From Geosiphon pyriformis uo1 (lineage: Eukaryota > Fungi > Glomeromycota): a DNA stretch of 64,000 nucleotides. The translations under genes and the position numbers were made by a program. Positions 38,206 through 50,788 of this stretch are shown here, piece after piece; position 1 is the stretch's first letter; each line of letters starts with the position of its first letter. The notes beneath the pieces were generated by a model. The model was given only the letters and a program-made list of their open reading frames with translations. It made no database searches and had not been told where the DNA came from. Where the stretch lies: contig JAAOMT010000770.1 in NCBI GenBank assembly GCA_016748015.1, positions 40,231 to 104,230 on the forward strand, read 5' to 3'.

Positions 38206-41200
38206 ATGGCTGGAGGCCTTGAAATAGAAATAAATTACATGAGCGAGTAAGAAATTAAGATTTCAAATCTTACTCACACTTTTCCGATTTCTCATTTATT
38301 TTAATTGAAATTTCATGAGAAAAATTTATCTCTTTGATTTTGAAAATAGATATAATTCAGCTGCAAATGAAATCTCATTAAGTGGCATTAAGGAAATCAT
38401 TGATCGCAAAGTCGAGGGGTCCGATGTGCTGGCTTTAGTGACTTTCTTGGGTATTTTCACAATACTTCAGGATTTCAGCAATGAGCTTTTATAAAATTTT
38501 ATAACAGATATATTATTTGTGTAGATCCTGCTATTGCCCAAAGATGGGTGAATGAAACGGATCTACCCAAATATGCCGTTTCTCTTTGGAGAAATTACTA
38601 TCAAAGGAAATGTTCCGATCCTGAGCGTCAAATTCAAACTTACATTGAAGTAATGCGTCTTACCAGTTTGATCATACTTAGAATCTTAATTATTTAATAA
38701 AATCCTCTAATATTAGGATTTTGAAATGGAGATGAATGATGATGAAATGGAGATACACGATGAAGGAATCGACAATGTGTTTATAAACCACAAATTTCCC
38801 TCTCAAACTCAAGATGGGTATGTATGCAAACATTCAGTTATCAAAACAATATTGGATATTAATTAAAATTGTGATTTTCAAAAAATCGTTCGCAGAGCCT
38901 TTCTCCATCGTTCTATACCGAGGTCAAATCATTTACCTTTAACCTTTTCCAAGAAAGCTGAGAATGAAACTATTACGACTCATCCACCCACGTTTGAGCA
39001 TGGCTTACAAATAAGGAAAAATTTTAACACGATGAGCCCAAAAAGTAAACCCAAAGGACCCTTACCAGAAGCAGACGATTTTTCAAAGGTCATTCTCGAA
39101 CTTAATTCATCAGAAAATAATACCCAGGATTATAAAAATTTTCTTTCAGAGTTCATTTCTCAAAAAGAATCTCAGACAGATATCCCAGAAAAAAAAATTT
39201 CAAGCTGCGTAAACCATATTGAACCTGAAACAAAATTTGGACAAAACATGGAAGGGGAAAATGCATTCGATAATCAAATATTAATTAAAGAAATTGAGCA
39301 AACGAGCAAACTTCCACAGCAATGCCTAAAGTCACAAATAAAACTATCCACATCTCAGAATATCTCTGAGGACATTTTAGATATCATTAACAAAAATTCT
39401 AACAGCTTACAGGAAATGGAAAGGGTAGATGAAACTGAAAGAATTACATCAGAATTTTTGAACGAAACCTTGCAGACGGATCTTTACAATCAACCTTATG
39501 AGAAAAAAGGATGCTCAAAAATTGATTCCTTCGATTCCATCAAAAATCCTAACCATCCAATAAATCAAGAAATAGAACGAGACGAACATATAGGTGAATT
39601 TAAAAAAAGATCACAAGAATCTATAATGCATCTCCCTGAAAAGAATTCGAATTTCATGGAAGTCGAGACTCGACGCTCCTTGAAATCTCAACAGCCTGAA
39701 ATCAATGCACAGATATATTTGGAATTAGAAAAAAAATACAGTGACACAGAAATATCTCGTTCTGCAGCACTATCTGAGCAAAAGAAACATTTTTTGGAAG
39801 ACCAGATTGAACGCTCCCTGAAATTTAAAAAGCCGCATGCAAATAGGAATAAAACGGAAGGGGAAACTTTGATCCCTGAAAAAAATTTGCTTCCGATCAC
39901 AAATTATGAGTGTCTAAAAAAAAAAGTTACATCAGGAAATATGGTCGATGATTACGAATATTTTGCATCTCCAAAGCAAAGATTTTCATCAGAACCTCAA
40001 GAAGATTTGTTGTAAGTATTAGTTGCATTATTGTGAACCTCGTTTTCAAATTTTGTTTTTTTAGCATAAAGATTTTTAAGAAATAAAACACACAGTGAAT
40101 GGAGTGGATCCCTTTGGAAATGTGAAATCATTCAGTTCGTTGCTACAATAACTATAAGACCATTGGTGGGACGTTGCCCTGATCCTTTTTTTCTGTAAGT
40201 TATTGCTTTCTCTTTAAAATAGTAAACTTGATAGTTTCTAAAAAAATAAGTATTTAAATATTAACCAAATCAAACATTACATAACATAACTTAGGAATCT
40301 ATGTCGAGAGAAAGAGGAACTCCATCTTTCAAATGTCATACCTTTGACATATGCAGAAGTTAGTTTTTTAAAGGGGGTAGAGGCATATGACTTATCTTTC
40401 TTTTCAATGGAAGCAATTGGTGGTAATATGAGCTCGGCAAGACGTTTAAAAGCCGAAGCTGATTCTCTCAAATGGAATGAAATGGTATATATATTTTGAT
40501 TGAAGTTTAAAATGTGGAATTTTCCTTCTCATTTTTTTGAAATCCCCTTGATTCAACTCTAGGTTGGCATGATTTTCCTTGATGAGGAAGGCCAAAAATA
40601 TTGCTGGTTTGCATTTTACACTACGGCTCGGACATGTGATTTTTTTGCCTTACCAAAGCTTCGTGCACCTTTTTTTCTTATTTCAAGAAAGATTACAAAC
40701 CCGAGACCAAGACATTTGGAAATAAACTCACCCGAATTACTTCAAATTTTGTCAACCAATTTATTTGACGTTAAAATCTGTATGGCTGCTCTTTTTAGTC
40801 TCGAGACTAGGAGGGGAGAGCAGTTACGTTTAATTTGTGAGAGTCGACCCGCTTTTGTAGTTTTTGGGGGAATTGAGCATTCTGAAGTTGAAGATATTAT
40901 TTGTGCTGCCAAAGGATTTGGGGGTCATTATTTTAAAGAAGCAGAAAATCAAAATATCACGGCAATATTTGTATGAAATCAAAATTTTTTATCTTGAAAA
41001 TCTATCTGATTGTGATAATTAAGCAAAATTTTTATATAATTTACCAGATTTTCCTGCCATTAATTAAACAAGTTTTCTTTATGGACAAATTCATTGCTTG
41101 GAAAAAAAAAGTCTGATTGTCATTTTTACATATTTGGATGGGAAATTGGCGAAAAGCACGAATATATAATTGAAGAAGTTTTTAAACCAGGTAAGACATT

Positions 41201-42003
41201 TGGATGCTGTTAGGAATCTCGTTTTCTTAAATAGTATTAATTCTTAATTAAAAATCTAAACTGAAAAAGGTGGTAAGGTCACATTTACCACTAATCTTGT
41301 ACAGCTTGAACCAAATGTGGTCCAAAAAGTGAATCAAATACTTATGCAGGTTGGCGCCTTATTATTTTGTTCATCTACAATTTATTTTTTGGTTAAAAAT
41401 ATTTATTTTTTCTAGCGCAACTACTTTCGTCCGAAGGAGAATTGGGAAATTGTGCTACATCCTCAAGTCCAAAATAGGTTGGAAAGAATTACTACAAAAT
41501 GGCTGCTAAGCAATCCTGAGTGAGTTTTTCAAATTTTCAAAATTGACGAGGATTTCATGGCTTATTTATGTCTATTTTAGAACTAAAAGGTGTCCTTATT
41601 TCGATATTTGGGATCTTAAAGATTTTGGTAAACTGAAAATTCTTGAAGATATTGATGTGCTTCCGGTGAGTTTAAATCCCTTTTAAATTCTTGTTGAGTA
41701 GTAGGTTTTATTAATTCTAGTCTTTACATGAGTTATCAGTGTGAGAGAGGGGGAAGTTGTCAAGACCTTTACAAGACAATGCTAAGGCAACATACCATTT
41801 ACCACGCGAAATACAGACATTTTATTGTACTAGCACGTGCCGAGGAAATCGAAAGATGTCCTCCACTTCCTATTCCTGGGGTATGATGTATGAACTTGCA
41901 TATTTTGAAGCTTTTGAAAGTTCATAATATTTACTATTTTCAAATAAAGATCGAACTACTGGATATCCAACAATTTGAAGACCAATACTTGTTTCATGAT
42001 TGA
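38206..42003 (+). CDS. Chp1/TASOR-like protein: degenerate chromodomain, disordered linker, SPOC-like and PIN-like C-terminus (about 933 aa if one A is removed at 41102-41110)
   Basis: 14 exons: 38206-38246, 38350-38450, 38525-38649, 38717-38817, 38896-40011, 40081-40194, 40295-40484, 40563-40970, 41048-41190, 41270-41349, 41416-41519, 41581-41665, 41740-41880, 41950-42003. Chromo-like IKEIIDRKVEGSDVLALVTFLDPAIAQRWVNETDL; SPOC-like start EWSGSLWK; C-terminal CHFYIFGW, GGKVTFTT, NWEIVLHP, YRHFIVL, GIELLDIQQF. The gene structure is well supported; the family call is by motif recall. Confidence 0.65.
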
Positions 42004-44857
42004 ATTTCTGAATGATTCAATGATCATTAAAAGGAAATTTAAATTACGAGTTCGATCCGTGATGCCATTATTCACTGAAGGATACATTTTATTTAAAGTA
42101 GTAAAAATAATTTGTCCATAGATAATGGGTTCTGTTAATATATGAAAAAATAATTCAACTAATGCAGCAGACCAATAAGTTAAATAAAAGCTGACTTTCA
42201 AAGCACGTGTAAAAAAATTTAGGAGAATTGAAAGTTTTGGTCTTTGAACTAAATCCTTGCTTTTTTCATTGGAGTTTTCGAGAAAGTTAGTTTTAATATT
42301 TTGGAACCCAAATTTTCTTAATTAATATTTTAAAAGAAAAAACTGACAGGTTATTGAATAAATATCTCCAAGCGTCCAGAATAACAATCGCTGAAGAGCT
42401 GTATATAGCTGTTTTATTTAAATTGGTCATATAATTATTAGAAATGGAGCCTCTAATAAAAAGATTCTTTGAAATAAGCAAGTCATGGTACTTTTCATTG
42501 TCTTTACAATAAATCCATATAATAGTGGAAAGATTAGAGTTTAATATTTAATGAAAAATTCGAAAGTGAACTCGAAAAGAGAGCTTTCAGATTGGTTTAG
42601 ATTTTATACTTGTCTGAAACTTCCTTGATGCTGCATTCGAAAGCGGTTGGCGTTTTAAAGAATCAAACCTTAAGTGTAAACAAACAATTGATTAACAACA
42701 AAACAAAAATATAGATGTTTTTAGTTTTCCGCGAATATACGAAAAGAGGGCTGTAGATAGCGCATTAGCTATTGAACGCGTTCACTTCAGATACCACAGC
42801 AACCAATTGAAGGTTTTCGTCTAATCTTTAACGTATTTTTATGATAATCTTTTAAATAGTAGCCGAAAAGATAAGGTATTTGGTGTATTCATAATTTTCA
42901 TGTTTCTCAAGTTACCTTATTATTACAGCTAAAGAAGCTGAGGACAATAAATTAAATAGCTAGCGCCCTTTTTAGATTCCATAAACAATAAAATCAAGAC
43001 AATGATTAACAAAGAAAAGGTTACCTAAATTTAAAAATTAAAATTATAGAACCGAAAAACTGGGTTTTTTATAAAATAAAGAGATTATATAATATGTAAA
43101 TTCGATTTCTTTAAAAATTCTCAGAAAAGATCCATTAAGAATGTAAGTTTTGACAATATTGTTTTTTCATTCATTATGATTTTATTCATAATAAAGAATA
43201 ATAATGATAATGATAAATTTTTAAAGAAAATCATTTAGTTTTAATGGTAAATTTTATAAAATTAAGGAAATTAAATGGATTAGTTAATTGTGACATTTTA
43301 AAAGGCGTAAAAATTTATTAAATTGGTGTTATTTCATTTAATCTCGGAAACTGGCAATAAGAAATTTGTAAAAACTTGATCATGCAATGATAATATAATA
43401 ATTGTGATTTAAGGTTTTTAGGTTTTTTTTTTGGGGGGGGGGGGGTTGTTATCCAAATCAAAATGGTGAGAAATCTTGAGAAAATCATTTTTTGGTCATT
43501 CGTGTCTTACTTTAATTTTGAGGATGAAATGCGCTAGTAATTTTAATTACTCTTTGTTTTTAGGTATAATTAATAAATCCTAATAATTTTTTTTCTCTTT
43601 CGCTTCCTATATCTAAATATTTAAATAATTCCTGATTACCTAAAGTAATTTCGGTGTTGCTCCCTGGAGTGTTTGTTGAAATAGAACTTTTTTCGATTCA
43701 TAAATGACATTTTTTGCTGTCATTATTTTCATGCTGAAATCTTTTAGACCTAAAATTGAGCTGAGGAATTTTATAAAGGCTAAATACATGTATACTGATT
43801 GTCTATGCCCTCTGTTTCTCATATACATGAACAAGATTGAGAAACAAAAAATTGTGTTGTCAGTTCTTCCAAATTTGTCATGCATAGCAATATAAGTTAG
43901 GAAGATTGCACTATAATAGACGCTTTATTTCGAATGATTTACAGAAAATTAAAAAAAGTAATTGACAATGTTTTGCTGGAAATTTTAATATCATCAAATC
44001 TAACCACTTCCTAAGTGTTTTGATACTATGCGCTGACTATGGAAAATTATCAAAAAAGATTTTTAATTAAGATTAAAGGAATATGAGTAAATGCCAAGAT
44101 TTATTGAAATGATATAATTGAACATGAATTTTTAGTAATGTGGATTAAGAGAATAACAAAACAAACTTAAATTCACAACTTGCCTTTTCTTTGACTTTTT
44201 CCATTCATTAAAACTTTTTTGATCTTTGACTCTGACATCGAGATCACAAATTCAACTCGCGAAAAGTTCCACATGATTAGCTTTTAATTAATTTTGAAAC
44301 CTTGATTTACATTTGGGGGAACAAATTGACTGCTAACAAAAGCCAATTGTAAATATTGGGTTGAACACAGCTTTAAAGAAATAATTCTGAATCCAAAAAT
44401 TTTTTTTGTTGTAAAATTGTTGAAAAAATAATGTATTTTGTCAATGTGTTTGAACTACCTTTACAGCTGCAAAAATTTAATTAAATGCGAGAAATATTTT
44501 AGCTGTGGCTGGAAGAAAGCTCAAAATGCACAAAAATTTCAAGGATAAGCTTCTCAAATTTATTGTTGCAGTTTATTGAACTCATTTTCATAAAATAGGT
44601 AGGCAAAGAGTTTGAGCAATATAACAAAACTTTGTCGAAGCTGCGGCAAAAGACATTAATTATTCGATATTTATTAATTATACTTTTGATAAGACATTTC
44701 AAATTAATTGGTCATAAATTTTTTTAGCACTGCTAAAAACGACCTATCATTATTTTCATTAAAGACACGCCTGGTAAAAATTTCCCAAAAAAATACCCGT
44801 TGGAAAATTGTAAAATTTCAAGATCTTGATATTTTGGAATCTAGACATAACTTCCAA

Positions 44858-45202
44858 TCAAGGAATACGTTTCCAAAAGTCCACAAGAGCTTGCCAAGTC
44901 AAAAATTCTGGATTGCCAGGGGGACAACACCGACCAATTTCCGCACCAAGTCGTGCCTTAATAGCGTATCGTTCCGCTTCAGTCACCCATTCCCCACTCT
45001 CAATCCTAAGTATAATGATCGCCGCATCCAAAATAAGTTTTTGTTTTGGGTATCCATGATAAAATAATACTAAATCTTCTAGTTGTGGTAATGATTGACT
45101 TTGATATCTTGAACATAAATTTTTTGCTTCAGTGTTGCTTGATGATGATGAACTTAATGGTTTCTTGTGTGATAATTGATGATATTGTCGTTGGGATGAT
45201 GT

Positions 45203-45248
<46 letters not shown>

Positions 45249-45547
45249 AATGAAGAATTTCTCGAATAATTTAGGCTGTATATACTCTCGAAGCTATCTG
45301 ATGGTTTATGAAGATATCTTTTAGAATTACCGACACTACTGTTTGGAATATGGACATGTGGTTTCAGGAAGGAGGTTCGTTTTTTTTGACATTTTGATGA
45401 CGTTGATGAAGATGAAGATGAAGATTGAAATGAGTAAAAGGCCTCTGATTTTGATGATCCAAAGAGTTTAGTTTGTCTACGAAGATGTTGAATACTTTTT
45501 CGTATTGTTGAAATCTTTTTAGTTTCGTTTGTAGGCCACATTTCCAT
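44858..45547 (-). CDS. Intronless Ser-rich hypothetical protein (229 aa) with a compact C-terminal domain
   Basis: ATG-to-stop ORF. Poly-Ser tracts, then ordered-looking YPKQKLILDAAIIILRIESGEWVTEAERYAIKARLGAEIGRCCPPGNPEFLTWQALVDFWKRIP in GC-elevated, CpG-retaining DNA. Confidence 0.7.
45204..45248. repeat. (GAT)15 microsatellite encoding poly-Ser (TCA) on the minus strand
   Basis: Read directly from the sequence. Confidence 0.95.
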
Positions 45548-48094
45548 TTTGTAATTTCAGAGTGTTGGTAGATTTTAAGTCAAAATAGGGTTTACGAATT
45601 ATTTTAGGGTGGGGGAGGGGGGGGTGGCAAGAAGAAATAGTAAAAAACTTTTTTCCTTTGAAAATAAGTTCAACAAAAACCGAACTGAACCGAGATCAAC
45701 TCGAAAATGAAATCAATAAAAAGAAAGGATGGGGAAATAGCAAAAAAGATCTGTAAGGAGAACGAGGAAAGGAGAGTGAGTCTTTGCCGTCAAAATTTAT
45801 TCGGTTTCCAAGAGAAACACATGTTCTGGTTTCTAATGATGGTTATTTATATTTATTTCACATCAATTATTATCAGCATTTTTGGTAGCAATTTATTTTG
45901 TACATGTGTTATAATGGATCTATCATTTCCGTAAAACTATTTCTGATGGCACGCGGATCAATAATAGTTCTACAAAGAAACACTGCGAAAAAATATTCCG
46001 AAACAAATAAGTTAAAATGGTTATGATAAAAAAAAACTCTAAACATATTACATGTACAACTTTTTACTAAATTCCGAGTTCGTCTTTTTATTGCTGCATA
46101 CTAGTTATTTCGTTTTAACTAAACGAGATATGGTATGTTGTGACATATGATAGGGCTTTTGTGGTAAATCTTTCATTTATGGAAAATCAGCCAAAAATAA
46201 TTTTAGAAGGAATCCATGAACCAAAAAATCATTAATTGATTTTGTTTAGGTGTTTCACTGTTGATAGCGCAAACTATTTACGTATTGTGGAAATTATTAA
46301 AGTAGATAAGAAGTAAAGATTTCCTCCATTAATAGAATTAATAGATTAAGAATAAAAAACATTTAAACAAAAAGCTTTATGCTTTTCAAAGGCGAGAGAA
46401 TTAAAAATAGCTCTTTTTAAAACTAGAAAATATTTTATTGTTTCATCGTTTACAGGAATTTTTAAATAATTTTAAGTTTAATGTATGACCTTATAAACTC
46501 ACCCATTGATCTTCCCAACTCAATTTAAAAGTACTCGGATTTTGGTTTAAAGTAAAGATAAACATTTACCAGAATTAGTGGTCTGAAACTGTGTTTGATA
46601 AATTTGAAACATTTGTTGATACGGCTTTAAATTTGTGAATTCTTAAAAGATAATTCTTTGAAGAACTTATCCTTTTGAATACATAGAGACTAATATTAAG
46701 TAAATTAATTTTATTTTAATAAATTTTAATTAAAAAGGATATAGCAATCTCACAATTTTTTCCAAGAATTGCTCACTCGAAAAGAAGGAACTAGACTCAC
46801 TATTTTGGGATCAAGACCCACATAATTACAATCTGTATCTTAAATATGGAATTATTTTCTCCCTTGATAACCTATTCTAGCTTGTAAAATAACCTGAATG
46901 GAAGGCTTGGAATAAGTTTAAATTAAGTACATATATATCATAATTTTCAAAATTCATTTTGAAAGGACGAAGTGGTCAGAATACAGAATTGAATTTTCAA
47001 ATAAGCTATTTCTGATTTCATAAGAGTTTTTGATCTTTGTAAAGAATGAATACCCACTTAAATTATTTCATTTGAAATTAAAAAAATTTCCCAAAAGCTA
47101 TAGTTTATCTAGCATTAAATAATAATTCAAAATTATGTTGTTAAATTTGAGAAATGGAGAAAAATTAAAATAAAATATTTATTTTTGAGTTCAAGAAAAA
47201 CTCCATAGAAAAACTTTTGATTCGAAAAATGTTCAATTCCTTATTTGAGAATTAATGACTAAATACAGAATTTCTGTAATATATAAAAACTTTTAGATTT
47301 AAAGTATTTATACTATTTAAAAATTAAATTTTAATAAATTTAAAAATTGATTATTATTACAAATTAATGGACTAATATCAATGTTATATTAAAAATAATT
47401 AATAAAAATATTGAAAAAATGTTTTTAAATATGTGTATATATTAAATTTTAATTTATATTTCGTTTTAACAATTTTTTATTTTTAAATATTTCAAATTAA
47501 ATATATTAATATAATCCATTAATTACAATAATAAAAATGAAAAAGACCCAAAATAATTTATTGTGTATTTTTTTATTAAAAAGTTAAAATCACATTAATT
47601 AAAAAAAAATTAAATTAATTAAATGCATTTAATATTATATTTAAATTTTTAATATTTATTAAATAAAAACTATTCAAATAACATTTAAATTAAATTTAAA
47701 ATCATTTAAACAATATTAACTTTTAATTTTATTTTATCAAATCATTATTATTATTATTTTTAATTAGAAAATTTGAAATTTATTTTATTATATTTTATTT
47801 ATATATAACTTGATAATATTTATTTATTTTTTAATCATAAACCTATTCTTAAAGTTAAATTATATGTTAAAAACAATTAAATAAAATTCTTAATTTTGAT
47901 ATAATTATAATTTATTTTTTAACACTTCAAATTCATCTATTTATAAAATATTAAAAAGAGAAAAAAATTAAACTTAAATTTATTAAAATAGTTGATCAAA
48001 AAACAAGGATCTCCGCCCACATGATGATATCACCCATAAATGATTCCCACCGCATTTAGCAGACCTCCACCTTTTTCTTCAGAGACCAGGTTTG

Positions 48095-48582
48095 ATGTCC
48101 AATCCTGAAAACATAGAAACTACTGTTCCCTCAAATGAAGAGCAAGGTGTACTGGGGCCAGAAGAAACATTTGGAAGTGAAGACTCTGTAGAAACATCAG
48201 ACGACAAGCAAAAGTTGATCAAGTAGATGTTTGTGAAGTCTCATTTTGAGATCCTTACATTAACTCAGTACTCTAAATCGTTCTCTACTTGAAAAATTAG
48301 TCAAGTGGTAGACCTGCAAGGAGGTTTGAAAGGTTATATAAACTTTTTCTTCCACTCTCTTATCAAGATCTAACTTGATCATCACTAATGATTTCGAACT
48401 CAACTTCTTTTTTAATAGCCCTCATACAACGCGTCGAGACAATTAAACAAGAAAACGATCAAATGCAAGCCCAAAATCAGATATTACAGACCTACATCAA
48501 TAATTTAATGTCTTCAAATGTTTTGTCATCTTCTTCTGTTGTTGGTGGCAATGTTGGGGGTGGAGTCAAAAAAGAAGGCTGA
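48095..48582 (+). CDS. SLO1: Short coiled-coil protein, SCOCO/Slo1/UNC-69 family (about 107 aa)
   Basis: Exons 48095-48222, 48301-48332 and 48419-48582 (324 nt). DKQKLINQVVDLQGGLKALIQRVETIKQENDQMQAQNQILQTYINNLMSS matches the SCOCO pattern LIxQVxxLQ..L..RV..VKxEN....ENQxLxxYIxNLM. Confidence 0.8.
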
Positions 48583-48894
48583 GTAATAGAAAAAAGGTAA
48601 GAATAATCCTTTAAATTGATAATTCTTTCTAAGATGGATTATTTTCTTCTAAATATCTAACAATACAGCTCTACTTTACTAGTATTTTTTATCGTTTGAA
48701 CTCTAGTTAAAGTGACCCAATATTTTTGGAAATCAAACGAGTGCATGAAGAGAATATTTTGAAAATGATGCCGTATCCCTATAGCCATGGAGTTTCATTG
48801 AGGATTAAATAGACATGGGGAAATTTTATAAGGATGTAAATAAATTAGGTCTCATAAAAAGTTAAAAATCTTGCTAATTGAATTTCTACCTCTT

Positions 48895-50788
48895 CTACAT
48901 TGGGATACCATCCAAAAATCCTTCGTTGCCTTCTCTCGTGACAACAACTTGAACGTTTCCTAAAATCCGACTCTTGAAGCCTCCTTCACAATAGGCGAAA
49001 TAGAACTCCCATTTTCTTTTAAATATTTCCACATCTTTTGATGTCATATGTGGCCAATCTTTATGTAATGCTGGTATAATGTCCTCGTCAAAATTATTCA
49101 AGAATTGTTCTCGCCATAGACGAAGCGTGCGCGCATAGTGTGGACCAATGTTTTCAATGTTATCGACAATCAACTTCCCTCGAGAGCCTTTTTGAATGGC
49201 ACTTACAAGAGATGTGACGGTTGGACAGTGACCACCTATGTAAGAATTATGTGAAACAATTTTTCATATTAAGATTCATGTCAATTGTTGGAGGAAGTGG
49301 GAACTTTGCAAAAATGTTCAATCCCCTAGGCCCATGAAGAAAACCTACCCGGAAATATATATTTCCTTATAAAATCTACCTCACGACAATAACGATCGTA
49401 TCTTGTCTCGGGCATAGTAATGACTTGGAAGACACCAATGCCACCTTGTTCTTTGAGAAATTTATCACAACATTCAAAATATGTTGCGAGGTATTGACGT
49501 CCCACCGCTTCGATCATTTCAATACTAACTATTTTATCATATTGATGATCCGCCGGCAGACTTCGATAGTCGCATAACAAAACCGTAATTCGATCAGAGA
49601 AGCCGGCAAGAGAAATCCGTTCTTCGGCGAGTTTTTTTTGTTCGATTGATAACGTGAGAGTTGTGACACGACATCCGGTTGTTCTCACCGCCTTGTGATG
49701 AAATAGAAAGAGTTTTAACATGAGTAGAATGACAAAGAGATAGCGAAAGATCTACAAAAAATTTCATATCGCACTTCAATGGCAAAAGAGCCCCAACCAC
49801 TGCCGATTTCCAACACATGATCATCTCTTGTAATTTTGGCCTTTGCGATTATTTTTCGTAATTTGTTATACTGTGCCTGTTCGAGGGTTTCATTTTCACT
49901 TGTGAAAAAAGCACTGGAATAGGTCATATCCTCACTGAGAAAACTAGCAAACATTGCGTTTGAAATATCATAATGTGCCGATATATTATTGATCGCATTT
50001 GAAATACTGTTGACAAATTGCGTGTTCATCAGATAATTAAGGATATTGAATATATATGATGGTCCAGTGCTTAGGTCATCAAGATATGACCGATTGGCGA
50101 CAAAGATCTGAAAATTTAGAGCAAATTTTAATCAAAATTATCACATTATCGTCAAACCTGTGTGTGATGTCACTCCTTACTTTAATTAAATTGAGCAGAT
50201 TGCCACAAGTCACGTCTCCCAGCATATATGCCTCTGCAAATCCCTATGGGAAATTACCAATATTATCAGATATTTGCCTTAGTTCTCCTATAATACAATC
50301 TTATTAGAAATTCCACGTACCAAATCCCCTAGCAAAAGCAATCGAACCCAAAAAGAATCATTTATTATATTAATTTGCGCACGATCTTTTGACTCTTTTT
50401 TACCGAATTCATAAATACGGTCTTTTGTCAAAACGCGAAGATGGCCAAAGTTGATCTTTGCCATTAAACCAAGCAATGTATTCTGCGCTGAATATTGTTA
50501 GTTCCAAAGGTAAATAAAATGGTGATGACAAACAAAAATTGTTGAAGAAACACAACGAATTTATGAAAAGGAAAATCCTGTGACTTTTCGTCCAGAACCT
50601 TTCGATTGTTGAGATTTGAATTGATTGAACAAGTGGAAATGAAAATGAGCATTCATACCGAAATCAAGCAAAACTGGCCATGATTTTCCAATAAGGATTT
50701 CTTTCCAATGTTGAAAGTAGAAATCAATTGTGGCGATAACTTTGCTTGTGGTTCGAGCAATGGGTTTTTTTTCATCCATATAAGACAT
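48895..50788 (-). CDS. cfa: Cyclopropane-fatty-acyl-phospholipid synthase (CMAS-family SAM methyltransferase, about 458 aa)
   Basis: Exons 50788-50659, 50487-50321, 50243-50181, 50107-49775, 49691-49349 and 49235-48895 (1377 nt). Motifs: GDLGFAEAYM, NISAHYDISN, MTYSSA, LEIGSGWG, CDYR, YDKIVSIEMIEAVG, FIRKYIFPGG, NIGPHYARTL, WEFYFAYCEGGF. Confidence 0.93.

Noticed and set aside
43423-43445. T10-G13 homopolymer junction
   Set aside because: Simple sequence with no supporting context; the run length is unreliable in assemblies.
45046-45324. Poly-Met ORF and the other + strand ORFs at 44708-45067
   Set aside because: Antisense shadows of the Ser-rich gene and its (GAT)15 repeat.
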